From an uncultured Chryseobacterium sp. (lineage in GTDB: Bacteria; Bacteroidota; Bacteroidia; UBA10329), in the NCBI GenBank assembly GCA_964488095.1, contig CAZATP010000006.1, forward strand, positions 53,262 to 117,261: DNA of 64,000 nucleotides, read 5' to 3'. Position numbers and translations under genes: made by a program. Shown piece by piece: positions 9,250 to 19,186 of the stretch. The notes under the pieces were generated by a model. It worked only from the letters and a program-made list of their open reading frames with translations. It did no database searches and was not told the DNA's origin. Positions within the stretch are counted from its first letter, which is position 1. Each line of letters opens with the position of its first letter.

Positions 9250-10200
9250 ATGCTGAGCCGCAGACACCTTCGCATCAAAGTGATGCAGGCCCTTTATGCC
9301 TACCAGCGCTCTGAGGGCGACCCGCTTGCCGTTGGGGAAAAGTTCCTGATGCAGAGTGTGGAGAGGGTCTATGACCTGTTCATCCATGAGCTTTCTTTGC
9401 TTCTCGAACTGCGCAGGTTCGCCCTGAAGCGGGCCGAGGACAACAAGAAGAAGCACCGTCCCACGGAAGACGACATTCGCCCGAATCTACGTTTCGTGGA
9501 GAATCCAGTGCTGCTGCAGCTGGAGAACAACGCGGCCCTTGCCGCGCATATCTCCAAGCGCAAGATCGATTGGCACGAGCACTCGGAGCTCATCCGAAAG
9601 ACCTTCATGTCCATTGTTCAGGACGGTGAGTTCATCGCCTATATGGAAGCGCCAGCACCTGCCTACCGCGACCACAAACGCATCATTCAGTACATCTTCG
9701 ATAATTACCTCATTGCCAATGATGACTTCGAGTTCGTTTTTGAGGAGAAGAGCATTTTCTGGGTGAATGACTTTGAGCAGGTGGGCGGCATGGTGACGCG
9801 TACCCTCAACGATTTCAAGGAGGACAGAGAGGACGGTGGTGTGCTCCCGACCCTCTATACCGACCCGGAGGAGGACCGTCAGTTCATGCTCGACCTTTTC
9901 AGGAAGACAGCCACGCACAATGGGCAGTTGACCGACATCGTGGCCGACAAGACCAAGAATTGGGACACCGACCGCATTGCGGCCATCGACATCCTGCTGC
10001 TCAAAATGGCCATCTGTGAGTTCATGCACCTGTCCTCCGTTCCAACGCGGGTGACCATGAACGAGTATATCGAGATCGCCAAGGAGTACAGCACTCCGAA
10101 GAGCAAGGTTTTCATCAACGGCATCCTCGACAAGGCCTTGGCCGACCTCAAGGCCGATGGCAAGGTGAAAAAGGCGGGGAAAGGCCTCATCGGAGGTTGA
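9250..10200 (+). CDS. nusB: Transcription antitermination factor NusB (long Bacteroidota form)
   Basis: 316 aa. N-terminus MLSRRHLRIKVMQALYAY. C-terminal NusB fold region ...DRIAAIDILLLKMAICEF...NEYIEIAKEYSTPKSKVFINGILD. Confidence 0.85.
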   Translation: MLSRRHLRIKVMQALYAYQRSEGDPLAVGEKFLMQSVERVYDLFIHELSLLLELRRFALKRAEDNKKKHRPTEDDIRPNLRFVENPVLLQLENNAALAAHISKRKIDWHEHSELIRKTFMSIVQDGEFIAYMEAPAPAYRDHKRIIQYIFDNYLIANDDFEFVFEEKSIFWVNDFEQVGGMVTRTLNDFKEDREDGGVLPTLYTDPEEDRQFMLDLFRKTATHNGQLTDIVADKTKNWDTDRIAAIDILLLKMAICEFMHLSSVPTRVTMNEYIEIAKEYSTPKSKVFINGILDKALADLKADGKVKKAGKGLIGG

Positions 10201-10228
10201 CCGGTCCTTGAAGACCCGATTGCTTGGC

Positions 10229-10236
10229 TAATTTTG
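10229..10236 (+). promoter_or_regulatory. Bacteroidota -7 promoter box (TAATTTTG)
   Basis: Exact TAnnTTTG, 47 nt upstream of the ATG at 10284. Confidence 0.45.
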
Positions 10237-10283
10237 CAGCCGATTCCAACAATCAGTACCAATAACCTTAAAACCCATACATC

Positions 10284-10754
10284 ATGAGAATGAAGAAGTA
10301 CGTTCCGGTCCTTTCTGCTGTGCTTTTCCTCTACTCTTGCGGAGGGCAGGAGGCCACTCAGCCCGAAGAGGCAAAACTCGATACCGATCTGGTTACAGCC
10401 CCGGCCACTGCCGAAGGCAATGCGGAGGATGCCCCGGTGATGACCTTTGAGAAGGATGTGCATGACTTCGGCAAGATCATTCAGGGCGAGAAGGTGTCCT
10501 ATCAGTTCAAATTCACCAACACCGGCAGTTCAGACCTGCTCATAACCGATGCAAAGGGCAGTTGCGGATGCACTGTTCCTGAGTATCCGAAGTCGCCAGT
10601 GAAACCTGGTGGCACAGGTGTGATCGATGTGGTTTTTGACAGCACGGGTAAGACGGGTCAGCAGAACAAGAAAGTGACCATTACGGCCAACACTGTTCCA
10701 AGCACAGTCACGTTGGCTATCAACGGTGTGATTGAGACCCCAGAGACCAAGTGA
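10284..10754 (+). CDS. DUF1573 domain lipoprotein
   Basis: Lipoprotein-like signal LFLYSCGG. Core [45 protein letters not shown] is typical of DUF1573. Confidence 0.8.
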   Translation: MRMKKYVPVLSAVLFLYSCGGQEATQPEEAKLDTDLVTAPATAEGNAEDAPVMTFEKDVHDFGKIIQGEKVSYQFKFTNTGSSDLLITDAKGSCGCTVPEYPKSPVKPGGTGVIDVVFDSTGKTGQQNKKVTITANTVPSTVTLAINGVIETPETK

Positions 10755-10755
10755 T

Positions 10756-11073
10756 ATGAACCATCCCATCCTACTTCAGGCCGCAGAGAATCCATTGGGC
10801 AACTATTCCACGTTGCTCATGTTCGGACTCATGTTCGTGGTGTTCTACTTCTTCATGGTCCGTCCGCAGATGAAAAAGGCGAAGGAGGAGAAGAAGTTCC
10901 GCGAGGAGCTTGCTAAAGGCGACAAGATTGTCACCATTGGCGGTATCCATGGCAAGGTGGCCGAAATAAAGGAGACCACGCTCATCATCGAGGTGGGCGA
11001 GGGTCAGCGCCTCAAGATCGAGAAGGCGGCCGTGAGCAAGGACAACACGGTGAAACTGGGACAGGAGGCCTGA
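10756..11073 (+). CDS. yajC: Preprotein translocase subunit YajC
   Basis: [43 protein letters not shown]. The ATG at 10756 lies 1 nt after the upstream TGA (10752-10754). The track start at 10732 overlaps the previous gene. Confidence 0.85.
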   Translation: MNHPILLQAAENPLGNYSTLLMFGLMFVVFYFFMVRPQMKKAKEEKKFREELAKGDKIVTIGGIHGKVAEIKETTLIIEVGEGQRLKIEKAAVSKDNTVKLGQEA

Positions 11074-11097
11074 TCCCGGATTGATTCACCCATCAAC

Positions 11098-11145
11098 GGG
11101 GGCAGCGACATGGTATGACCGATGTCGCTGCCCCGTTTCTTTTTC
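11098..11145 (+). terminator. Rho-independent terminator after yajC
   Basis: GGGGCAGCGACAT (11098-11110) pairs with ATGTCGCTGCCCC (11121-11133), followed by GTTTCTTTTT. Confidence 0.65.
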
Positions 11146-11171
11146 CTTCCTTTCGGTCTGAAGTCAACGTC

Positions 11172-11753
11172 ATGCGCATCATCGGTATAACAGGAGGCAT
11201 CGGGAGTGGGAAAAGCACTGTGTGCGGCATTTTCGCTGAGCTCGGTATTCCGATCTACTATGCTGACGAAAGGGCAAAGGCCGTCATGAACGAGGATGCC
11301 GAACTGAAGGCGGCCATCATAAGTGCGTTCGGCCCCGATGCGTATTCGGATGGCAGGCTCGACCGGGCATTTCTGGCTGCGCAGGTGTTCAGTTCTTCCG
11401 AAAGACTGGGACAGCTCAATGCCTTGGTGCATCCGGCCGTGGCCAAGGATTTCATGAAGTGGGTAGCGGATCATGCGCATCATCCCTACCTGATCAAGGA
11501 GGCTGCGATATTGTTTGAGAGCGGGGCGTATAAGGCGGTGCAGGAGACCGTGCTGGTTGCGGCCCCAGAGGCAGTGAGGGTTGCGCGCGTGGTGCTGCGC
11601 GATGGCGTAACAGAGGCAGAGGTGCGCCAACGGATGGCCCATCAATGGCCGGAGGAACGGAAAGCTGCCATGGCCGATCACATCGTTGTGAACGATGGAC
11701 GGAGCCTCTTGATCCCACAGGTGTTGAAGCTTCATCAGAAATTCAGTTCGTGA
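11172..11753 (+). CDS. coaE: Dephospho-CoA kinase
   Basis: MRIIGITGGIGSGKSTV P-loop at the N-terminus. Start moved from 11115 to the ATG at 11172, downstream of the terminator. Confidence 0.9.
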   Translation: MRIIGITGGIGSGKSTVCGIFAELGIPIYYADERAKAVMNEDAELKAAIISAFGPDAYSDGRLDRAFLAAQVFSSSERLGQLNALVHPAVAKDFMKWVADHAHHPYLIKEAAILFESGAYKAVQETVLVAAPEAVRVARVVLRDGVTEAEVRQRMAHQWPEERKAAMADHIVVNDGRSLLIPQVLKLHQKFSS

Positions 11754-13261
11754 TGCAGATTCTCTCCGCGCAGCAAATCCGTGAACTCGACCGCTACACG
11801 AGCGAATACTCTCCCATTTCCGGCATCGACCTCATGGAGCGTGCCGCAAGGGCCCTCTTCAGCGAACTGATGGCCACCGAGGTCCATCATCATGTGACCA
11901 TCTTCTGTGGTATGGGGAACAATGGAGGAGACGGCCTCGCTCTGGGACGTATGCTCCATGAGGTGCAGGGATGCACGGTCCGAATAGTGGTAGTGCGCCA
12001 CACGGACCGCCCAAGTGCCGATTTCGCCACCAATCTGGAGCGGCTGAGGGCGATCGGTGCTCAGGTCAACGACCTGAAGGATGCCGATGAGCTCTTGGAA
12101 ATACCAGCCCACTCGTTGGTGGTGGACGCTCTTCTGGGAACAGGCCTTTCGCGCCCGTTGACGGGACTGCTGGCCGATGTTGTAGAGCATATCAATGCGC
12201 TGCCCAACCGCGTATTGAGTGTGGATATCCCTTCAGGTCTTTTCAGCGATGACAATGGAAGCAATGATTTGAGCAGGGTGGTGCGGGCGCAGCGTACACT
12301 GACGTTCCATTGCTCCAAGCTCAGCTTCATGTTCGCGGAGCACGCACCCTTCGTAGGTGATTTCACCGTGTTGGACATCGGGCTGCTGGAGAAGGAGTCG
12401 AGGGTGCGAAGTATGCACATCGCAGTGACGGACAGTCTGGCTTCCCGAATCCTACGTCCTCGCTCCCGATTCTCGCACAAAGGGAGCTATGGCCATGCCC
12501 TGCTTCTGGCAGGACGCTATGGCAGCATGGGGGCGGCTGTGCTTTCAGCGAGAGGCGCACTGCGAAGCGGTGCCGGATTGCTCACGGCCCGCGTGCCGAG
12601 CTGCGGGGTCAACATTATGCAGATCGCGGTGCCAGAGGCCATGTGTTCGGTCGATGAGCATCAGCATCAACTCTCCGTTCTACCGAGACTGGATGGATTC
12701 TCGGCTGTTGGAATGGGGCCAGGTGTCGGGCTTGAGGGCGATACAGCAAATGTGCTCAAACGGCTGATTCAGGACATCAAGGTTCCGATGGTGCTCGATG
12801 CCGATGCCCTCAATCTGCTGGCCGAGAACCGCACATGGCTGGACTTTCTGCCCGCAGGAAGCCTGCTCACCCCGCATCCCAAGGAGTTTGACCGCCTTGC
12901 AGGTGAATCGGTCAGCGGCTTTGAGCGTTGGCAGCGGCAGCAGCAGTTCGCAAAGCGTTACAACTGCGTGGTGCTCTTGAAGGGGGCCTATACCTCGGTG
13001 TGCAATCCAGCCGGACAGACCTTCTTCAACATGACCGGCAATCCTGGAATGGCCACGGCCGGAAGTGGCGATGTGCTCACGGGCATTATCCTCGGCCTAC
13101 TGGCACAAGGCTACCTCCCCACCGAGGCAGCCATCCTCGGGGCCTACGTTCACGGACACTCTGGCGATAGGGCTGCGGAGCGTGGCAGTATGCCATCTCT
13201 TGTCGCAGGCGATATTGCGGATGGTCTGGGAGAGGCCTTCCGACATCTGGTCAACGGATGA
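11753..13261 (+). CDS. nnr: Bifunctional NAD(P)H-hydrate repair enzyme (epimerase / ADP-dependent dehydratase)
   Basis: YjeF N-terminal domain (IFCGMGNNGGDGLALGR) plus a C-terminal carbohydrate-kinase-like domain (GSGDVLTGII). The ATG at 11753 overlaps the coaE TGA (TGATG). Confidence 0.9.
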   Translation: MQILSAQQIRELDRYTSEYSPISGIDLMERAARALFSELMATEVHHHVTIFCGMGNNGGDGLALGRMLHEVQGCTVRIVVVRHTDRPSADFATNLERLRAIGAQVNDLKDADELLEIPAHSLVVDALLGTGLSRPLTGLLADVVEHINALPNRVLSVDIPSGLFSDDNGSNDLSRVVRAQRTLTFHCSKLSFMFAEHAPFVGDFTVLDIGLLEKESRVRSMHIAVTDSLASRILRPRSRFSHKGSYGHALLLAGRYGSMGAAVLSARGALRSGAGLLTARVPSCGVNIMQIAVPEAMCSVDEHQHQLSVLPRLDGFSAVGMGPGVGLEGDTANVLKRLIQDIKVPMVLDADALNLLAENRTWLDFLPAGSLLTPHPKEFDRLAGESVSGFERWQRQQQFAKRYNCVVLLKGAYTSVCNPAGQTFFNMTGNPGMATAGSGDVLTGIILGLLAQGYLPTEAAILGAYVHGHSGDRAAERGSMPSLVAGDIADGLGEAFRHLVNG

Positions 13262-14630
13262 CCAGTTTCTGATTGAACAGTTCATCGCGCGATGAACCTA
13301 TTACCACGTAGATGCCTGGCGAAAGATTATGGTAAGGGTCGATGGCCGTGATCGGACCAGAACCGGGGTTGACAATCACTTTCGAGTAGGATTCCCTTCC
13401 CAACATGTCGTATACGATGACCAGAATCTCACGGACATCCACAGCAGGCGCATCGATGTTCACCGCCTGACCCCTATTCACAGGGTTCGGGTAAAGGTTG
13501 GAGAATGCGGGCAGCACAGGCCCCTCTCCGATAAGGTCGGATACCGAGGTCGCATAGCTCAGATTCATGGAGTAACCCAATTTCACGAGCACTTCCACCT
13601 CTTCTTCATGAAGATGTGAGAATCGGTTTCCTCTGGACAGTGATGGATGCATCACGTAGCCTCCATGCGAGGTCCTGTCGTTATCCAGATGGCTGATGCT
13701 TGAACCGTTGAAGGATGCAGGCGAGAATACGGGCAGAAGCTTGTTCGCAGAGAGCTCAAACCACAGCATGCTGTTGGTCAGTAGGCCCTGTGCAGGTTTG
13801 GACACCGCAGCGGATGCCCCGGTTCCGGTGAGTACCAGCAGCGGGTTCTTCTCAAAATCGACCAGATTGCCATCATAACTGGTGAATACATGCTGGGAGG
13901 CCATCGATTCGCCCTGAGAATTGCAGTAGCTGGCAAAACCGAGCAGGTGAGTGATCTCGTGCAAGGCCACCGTGTAGAAATCATACTGGTCGGCCTGAGG
14001 CGGATTGTTCGCATCGTAGTTGAAGTTCATTCCGCTGTGGAAGTTGAACTGGATATATGCATCTGGGAACGAACTGTGCGGGTCGTTGCCTGTGGTGAGG
14101 TGGCGCAGCGTGAACGGGTCGTTGAACCCTCGCGAACCATAATAATATGCACCTGAGAAAGCGAACGGATTTGAGTTTGGATTGCCGGAGAATGAAGCTC
14201 TGATTTCAATATCGGCCTCACCGATGTCGTTCATGGATGAGGAGAAATAGGCGAACGCTGACTCAAGTGCGGCTCTTCTCTTTACACCTTCTGTGGGATG
14301 ATCGAAGCCCTGCCCACTTCCGTTGATCACATCCAGATAGGTCAGATTGAATATGGGGCCGTCCGACCCATTGGCCTTCATCTGGGATGTCTCTGGGGCC
14401 GTTATGCCGATGGTGAGCCCTTCAGCCTTACGCTCGTGCATGGGTTTCTGGAACACAGGATGCAGCTCGATCGCCTGTCCGGAGGCGTTCACCAGAACCT
14501 CCTTGCCGTCTCTCATTTCAAGAAAGATGGCATGGTCATCCAGATGCGGTCCATCGAAGAGGACTTCCTGTCCAAGGGCCGACCCTGCAAGGGCGAGCGT
14601 GAGCATTGAGGATGTTAGCAGCCTTTTCAT
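13251..14630 (-). CDS. Secreted zinc metalloprotease-like protein with T9SS type A C-terminal domain
   Basis: Signal peptide MKRLLTSSMLTLALAGSALGQ. HEITHLLGF (HExxHxxGF, leishmanolysin/metzincin-like). C-terminus LYPNPVNRGQAVNID...GIYVVIG...LVIR is typical of a T9SS sorting domain. Confidence 0.7.
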   Translation of the reverse strand: MKRLLTSSMLTLALAGSALGQEVLFDGPHLDDHAIFLEMRDGKEVLVNASGQAIELHPVFQKPMHERKAEGLTIGITAPETSQMKANGSDGPIFNLTYLDVINGSGQGFDHPTEGVKRRAALESAFAYFSSSMNDIGEADIEIRASFSGNPNSNPFAFSGAYYYGSRGFNDPFTLRHLTTGNDPHSSFPDAYIQFNFHSGMNFNYDANNPPQADQYDFYTVALHEITHLLGFASYCNSQGESMASQHVFTSYDGNLVDFEKNPLLVLTGTGASAAVSKPAQGLLTNSMLWFELSANKLLPVFSPASFNGSSISHLDNDRTSHGGYVMHPSLSRGNRFSHLHEEEVEVLVKLGYSMNLSYATSVSDLIGEGPVLPAFSNLYPNPVNRGQAVNIDAPAVDVREILVIVYDMLGRESYSKVIVNPGSGPITAIDPYHNLSPGIYVVIGSSRDELFNQKLVIR

Positions 14631-14780
14631 CGCGGTGACCTTAACTACATCCTTGTACCCTGAAACTTAAATAAGGATACAGTCATCAGAGACGAAGCAC
14701 GGGCAATTCAGAATATTATCGATGAATGACATGCCGATCGGGTGAAGGAGCGAAATTTCTTGGACTGAAGGGCCGAAGGC

Positions 14781-15398
14781 TTATAGAAAATCCACTGGGC
14801 CTTTCCCCTCGCGGACGAGAGTGATGTCGCCATCGGCACAGTCGAGCACCGTGCTCGCCTCAAGTCCGCCATAGCCGCCATCAATCACCATGTCCACCAT
14901 GTCCCCATAGCGCTCATGGATTAGCTCAGGGTCGGTGCTGTACTCGATCAGGTCATCGTCATCTCGCAGCGATGCGGTCATGATGGGATTGCCGAGTTCC
15001 TGTACGATGGCCAGCGGAATCCTGTTGTCGGGAATGCGGATACCCACGGTGTGCCGCTTGCTGTGCAGCATCTTCGGTACTCTGGAGTTCGCTCCCAGAA
15101 TGAAGGTGTAAGGGCCGGGCAGCACGCTTTTCATCAGCTTGAACACCGCGTTATCTATCTGTGAGCAATACTCCGAGATGTTGCTCAGGTCGGAGCAGAT
15201 GAACGAGAAGGTGGCCTTTTCGGGCTTTATCCCACGGATCTGACACACCCGTTCCACGGCCTTGCGGCTGTTGATGTCACAACCGATGCCATACACAGTA
15301 TCGGTAGGGTAGATGATGACCCCGCCCTTGCGCAGGCACTCCACCACAGATTGGATCTGTCGCGGCTGTGGGTTGTCCGGGTGGATGCGGATGAGCAT
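14781..15398 (-). CDS. tsaC: L-threonylcarbamoyladenylate synthase (YrdC/TsaC type)
   Basis: 205 aa. KGGVIIYPTDTVYGIGCD and ...GNPIMTASL motifs. Confidence 0.85.
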   Translation of the reverse strand: MLIRIHPDNPQPRQIQSVVECLRKGGVIIYPTDTVYGIGCDINSRKAVERVCQIRGIKPEKATFSFICSDLSNISEYCSQIDNAVFKLMKSVLPGPYTFILGANSRVPKMLHSKRHTVGIRIPDNRIPLAIVQELGNPIMTASLRDDDDLIEYSTDPELIHERYGDMVDMVIDGGYGGLEASTVLDCADGDITLVREGKGPVDFL

Positions 15399-15465
15399 GG
15401 GTTCAAGGTGCTTGGGTTCCCGTCAAAGTTCGGTCAACGCTGAACGTGCGGCCCAGAACGCTGAA

Positions 15466-16119
15466 CTATTTGTTGGAAGCGTAATCTGCGAGGAATTTCG
15501 CCAAGCCAATATCCGTCAGCGGGTGGTTGAGCAGGCCGAGAATGGCAGAGAGCGGGCATGTGGCCACATCGGCACCCACTTCCGCACATTTCACGATGTG
15601 CATCGTGTGGCGGATGCTGGCAGCAAGAATCTGCGTCTCGAAGAAATAGTTGTCGTAGATGAGACGAATCTGCGCGATAAGGTCCATGCCGTCCTGACTG
15701 TTGTCGTCCAGTCTGCCAAGGAATGGGGAAACATAAGTAGCCCCGGCCTTTGCTGCCAGAAGCGCCTGGCCTGCACTGAATACGAGCGTACAGTTGGTAC
15801 GGATGCCGTTGTCGCTGAAATATTTGATGGCCTTGATGCCGTCCTTGATCATCGGCACTTTGACCACGATCTGCGGGTGCAATGCCGCCAAGGCCGTCCC
15901 TTCTTTCACCATGCCAGCGAAGTCGGTGCTGATGACCTCTGCGCTCACATCGCCCGTGGTGATGTTGCAGATGTCGATGTAATGCTGCTTCACGCGGGCC
16001 TCACCGTGAATGCCCTCCTTGGCCATCAGCGATGGGTTGGTGGTCACTCCGTCAAGAACCCCGAGGTCCTGTGCCTCACGGATCTGGTCAAGATTTGCGG
16101 TGTCGATGAAGAATCTCAT
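15466..16119 (-). CDS. fsa: Fructose-6-phosphate aldolase / short transaldolase
   Basis: 217 aa. MRFFIDTANLDQIREAQDLGVLDGVTTNPSL ... VKVPMIKDGIKAIK. Confidence 0.9.
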   Translation of the reverse strand: MRFFIDTANLDQIREAQDLGVLDGVTTNPSLMAKEGIHGEARVKQHYIDICNITTGDVSAEVISTDFAGMVKEGTALAALHPQIVVKVPMIKDGIKAIKYFSDNGIRTNCTLVFSAGQALLAAKAGATYVSPFLGRLDDNSQDGMDLIAQIRLIYDNYFFETQILAASIRHTMHIVKCAEVGADVATCPLSAILGLLNHPLTDIGLAKFLADYASNK

Positions 16120-16225
16120 GGTGTGGTTCGGGTTTGATGCAAAGGTGCCGAAATGAACTACGAGAATGACCCTTTACGCCATCAAGCAATCAACATGTTA
16201 CCCACAGGCCACAAGGTCTTCAGGC

Positions 16226-17119
16226 TCAGTCACGGCTGAAATACTCCAGGCCCTGATAGCGGCCATCCTCCATCTTGGCCAGTTGCATCAGCACATCATT
16301 GGCCAGGCTGCTGGCCCCGAAGCGGAACCATTCGTTCGTGAGCCACGAATCGCCCAGCGTCTCTTTCACCATAACCAGATAATGCAGCGCCAGTTTCGAC
16401 TTGGAGATGCCACCAGCGGGCTTCATGCCCACCATTCGTCCGGTCTCATAGTAGTAGTCGCGGATCGCCTCCAGCATCACCAATGTCACGGGCATGGTGG
16501 CCGCAGGGCTGATCTTGCCTGTGCTCGTTTTGATGAAATCGGCCCCGGCCTCCATGGCGATGAAACTTGCCTGACGCACATTATCGAGAGTGCAGAGCTC
16601 GCCTGTTTCCAATATCACCTTGAGCCGTGCGCTGCCGCAGGCCTCTTTCACGGCTGCAATCTCATCATGGACGAAAGCGAGGTCGCCCTGCAGGAATCTT
16701 CCTCGCGAGATGACCATGTCCACCTCGTCTGCACCTGCCTCCACAGCGATGCGGGTGTCGGCCAGTTTGATCTCTCTGGAAGAATTGCCAGAGGGGAATG
16801 CCGTTGCTACTGATGCCACCTTGATGCCAGTGCCTTTGAGAGCGCTCACAGCTGTGGACACATGGTTGGGATACACACAAACGGCCGCCACGGTAGGAAG
16901 TCCGGGCAATTGGTCGTGCAGGTGCGCGGCCTTATAGCACATCTGCCGCACTTTTCCCTCGGTGTCCTTGCCTTCGAGCGTGGTGAGGTCGATCATGTTC
17001 AGCACCATGCGCAGTCCTTGGGTCTTAGCCTCATTCTTGATGCTCCGTTTGGTGAATCGTGAAACACGTTCTTCCACTCCCACTTGGTCCACGGTCGCCT
17101 GTCTGATCACTGTGCTCAT
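16226..17119 (-). CDS. deoC: Deoxyribose-phosphate aldolase (long form)
   Basis: LKVILETGEL and ADFIKTSTGK (Schiff-base Lys region). 297 aa. Confidence 0.8.
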   Translation of the reverse strand: MSTVIRQATVDQVGVEERVSRFTKRSIKNEAKTQGLRMVLNMIDLTTLEGKDTEGKVRQMCYKAAHLHDQLPGLPTVAAVCVYPNHVSTAVSALKGTGIKVASVATAFPSGNSSREIKLADTRIAVEAGADEVDMVISRGRFLQGDLAFVHDEIAAVKEACGSARLKVILETGELCTLDNVRQASFIAMEAGADFIKTSTGKISPAATMPVTLVMLEAIRDYYYETGRMVGMKPAGGISKSKLALHYLVMVKETLGDSWLTNEWFRFGASSLANDVLMQLAKMEDGRYQGLEYFSRD

Positions 17120-17144
17120 GCGCGCTTAGGTCGGTTGATGGTCC

Positions 17145-17152
17145 CAAAGGTA
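17145..17152 (-). promoter_or_regulatory. Bacteroidota -7 promoter box (TACCTTTG on minus strand) for deoC
   Basis: Plus-strand CAAAGGTA, 25 nt upstream of the ATG at 17119. Confidence 0.5.
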
Positions 17153-17196
17153 GAACGGTGCGCTGCGCCACGCCTCTCCATTCGGTTTCTGGGCAG

Positions 17197-17204
17197 TAAG
17201 TTTG
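17197..17204 (+). promoter_or_regulatory. Bacteroidota -7 promoter box (TAAGTTTG) for fcl, leaderless spacing
   Basis: Exact TAnnTTTG, with only 4 nt between the box and the ATG at 17209. Confidence 0.5.
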
Positions 17205-17208
17205 GCTC

Positions 17209-18138
17209 ATGCTTAAGACAGACAGGATTTATGTTGCAGGTCACAGGGGCATGGTCGGATCGGCCATCTGCCGCGTGTTGCAGTCGCAGGGGTTCCATAA
17301 TATCATCACTCGCACCTCGGCCGAGCTCGACCTACGTGATCAGGCCGCTGTGGACGTGTTCTTTCGCACTGAAAGGCCCGACATCGTCTTCCTTGCTGCC
17401 GCAAAAGTGGGCGGTATCCATGCCAACAACACATTCAGGGCCGATTTCCTCTATGATAACTTGGCCATCGCCACTCACGCGGTTCATGCCGCCAAGCAAC
17501 ATGGTGTGAGGAAACTTCTATTCCTCGGCTCATCGTGCATCTACCCGAAATTGGCCCCGCAACCGCTGAAAGAGGAATACCTGCTCACCGGGGCGCTTGA
17601 ACCCACCAACGAACCTTATGCCATTGCCAAAATAGCGGGGCTGAAACTCTGCGAGGCCTATCGCGACCAGTATGGAAGCAACTTCATCAGCGTCATGCCT
17701 ACCAACCTTTATGGCTATGGCGACAACTATGACCTGAATAACTCGCACGTTCTACCAGCGCTCATCCGCAAGTTCCATGAGGCGAAGGTGAACGGGAGTC
17801 CCTCCGTCACGCTGTGGGGTTCCGGATCGCCCAAAAGGGAATTCCTATTTGCAGACGACCTTGCCGAGGCCTGCATCCATCTGATGCTCAACTATAGCGG
17901 TAGGGAGACGGTCAACATCGGTACTGGTGAGGATATAGCCATCCGCGAACTGGCCGAGGTGATCCGTGGGATTGTGGGTTTTACGGGTGATATCAGATGG
18001 GACGCGTCTATGCCAGACGGAACCCCTCGTAAGTTGCTCGATGTTTCTAAGGTGCATGCCCTTGGGTGGAAGCACCGTATAGTTCTGGACGAGGGTATAC
18101 GCCTCGCCTATGCTGATTTTCTGAAGTCCAGTGTCTGA
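17209..18138 (+). CDS. fcl: GDP-L-fucose synthase
   Basis: 309 aa. [14 protein letters not shown] Rossmann N-terminus, [15 protein letters not shown] (YxxxK). Confidence 0.9.
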   Translation: MLKTDRIYVAGHRGMVGSAICRVLQSQGFHNIITRTSAELDLRDQAAVDVFFRTERPDIVFLAAAKVGGIHANNTFRADFLYDNLAIATHAVHAAKQHGVRKLLFLGSSCIYPKLAPQPLKEEYLLTGALEPTNEPYAIAKIAGLKLCEAYRDQYGSNFISVMPTNLYGYGDNYDLNNSHVLPALIRKFHEAKVNGSPSVTLWGSGSPKREFLFADDLAEACIHLMLNYSGRETVNIGTGEDIAIRELAEVIRGIVGFTGDIRWDASMPDGTPRKLLDVSKVHALGWKHRIVLDEGIRLAYADFLKSSV

Positions 18139-18151
18139 AACGCTGGTGTCA

Positions 18152-19030
18152 TCAGACAACCATCTTCTCGATAGGAACCACCAGAATGCCTTCGGCCCCG
18201 TTGGCCTTCAGCTGATCGATCACCTCCCAGAACTTGTCCTCATCGATTACGGAGTGCAGCGAGCTCCAGCCCGGTTCGGCCAAGGGCATCACGGTAGGGC
18301 TCTTAAGCACGGGCAGAATGTTCGAGATGACCCCGATGCGGTTGTTCGGCACGTTCATCAGTATGTACTTCGACTTTCGGGCGCGGAGCACGGCCCTCAG
18401 ACGGAACACCAATTGGTCAAGTATCGCCTTCGCCCCATCGGTGAGATTGGGACCTGACGCCAGCACAGCCTCCGACCGTAGTACCACATGCGCCTCCTCC
18501 AGACCGTTCTTGAAGAGGGTGCTTCCGCTGCTCACCAGATCGCAGATGGCATCCGCTAGGCCGATATTGGGGGCTATCTCTACCGAACCTGAGATTTCGT
18601 GGATATCCGCCTCGATTCCTTTCTCTGATAGGAACTTGCCGAGGGTGACAGGGTACGAGGTGGCGATGCGCTTTCCTGCAAAATAGTTGAGTCCGTTCAC
18701 GCTCACATCTTTTGGAACGGCCAGTGAAAGTCTGCATTTCGAGAATCCAAGCTGGAGCGCCACGCTCACGTTGCGCTGTTTCTCTACAAGAAGATTCTCA
18801 CCTACGATGGCGATGTCGGCCACACCGTCCTCCAGATACTGCGGGATATCATCATTGCGCAGGTAAAGCACGTCCAATGGGAAGTTACGTGCACTGGCCT
18901 TCAACTGGTCCTTGCCATTGTCGATAACAATGCCACAGTCCTTCAGCACTTGCACCGAGTCCTCGTTCAATCTTCCCGATTTCTGTATCGCAATCCGTAG
19001 CCTTGTCTCAGTTGCACCCATGGTATCCAT
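18152..19030 (-). CDS. hisG: ATP phosphoribosyltransferase, long form
   Basis: 292 aa. LRIAIQKSGRLNEDS N-terminus, DLVSSGSTL motif, C-terminal regulatory domain. Confidence 0.9.
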   Translation of the reverse strand: MDTMGATETRLRIAIQKSGRLNEDSVQVLKDCGIVIDNGKDQLKASARNFPLDVLYLRNDDIPQYLEDGVADIAIVGENLLVEKQRNVSVALQLGFSKCRLSLAVPKDVSVNGLNYFAGKRIATSYPVTLGKFLSEKGIEADIHEISGSVEIAPNIGLADAICDLVSSGSTLFKNGLEEAHVVLRSEAVLASGPNLTDGAKAILDQLVFRLRAVLRARKSKYILMNVPNNRIGVISNILPVLKSPTVMPLAEPGWSSLHSVIDEDKFWEVIDQLKANGAEGILVVPIEKMVV

Positions 19031-19173
19031 GCTTATTTTTCAGGGTGCGAAGTTGGCGAAGTATGCTCGAATGATTCACGTAAACTCGGCCTACTGTCGT
19101 TCAGTGATTTTGGAGCGTCCGCAAGCCGTGCGGTTCAATTTTGATGGGGAGGATTTCCTGCATTGCCCCTCGC

Positions 19174-19181
19174 TAACTTTG
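19174..19181 (+). promoter_or_regulatory. Bacteroidota -7 promoter box (TAACTTTG), leaderless spacing
   Basis: Exact TAnnTTTG, 5 nt before the ATG at 19187. It lies inside the longer track ORF (19163). Confidence 0.5.
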
Positions 19182-19186
19182 GCCCA

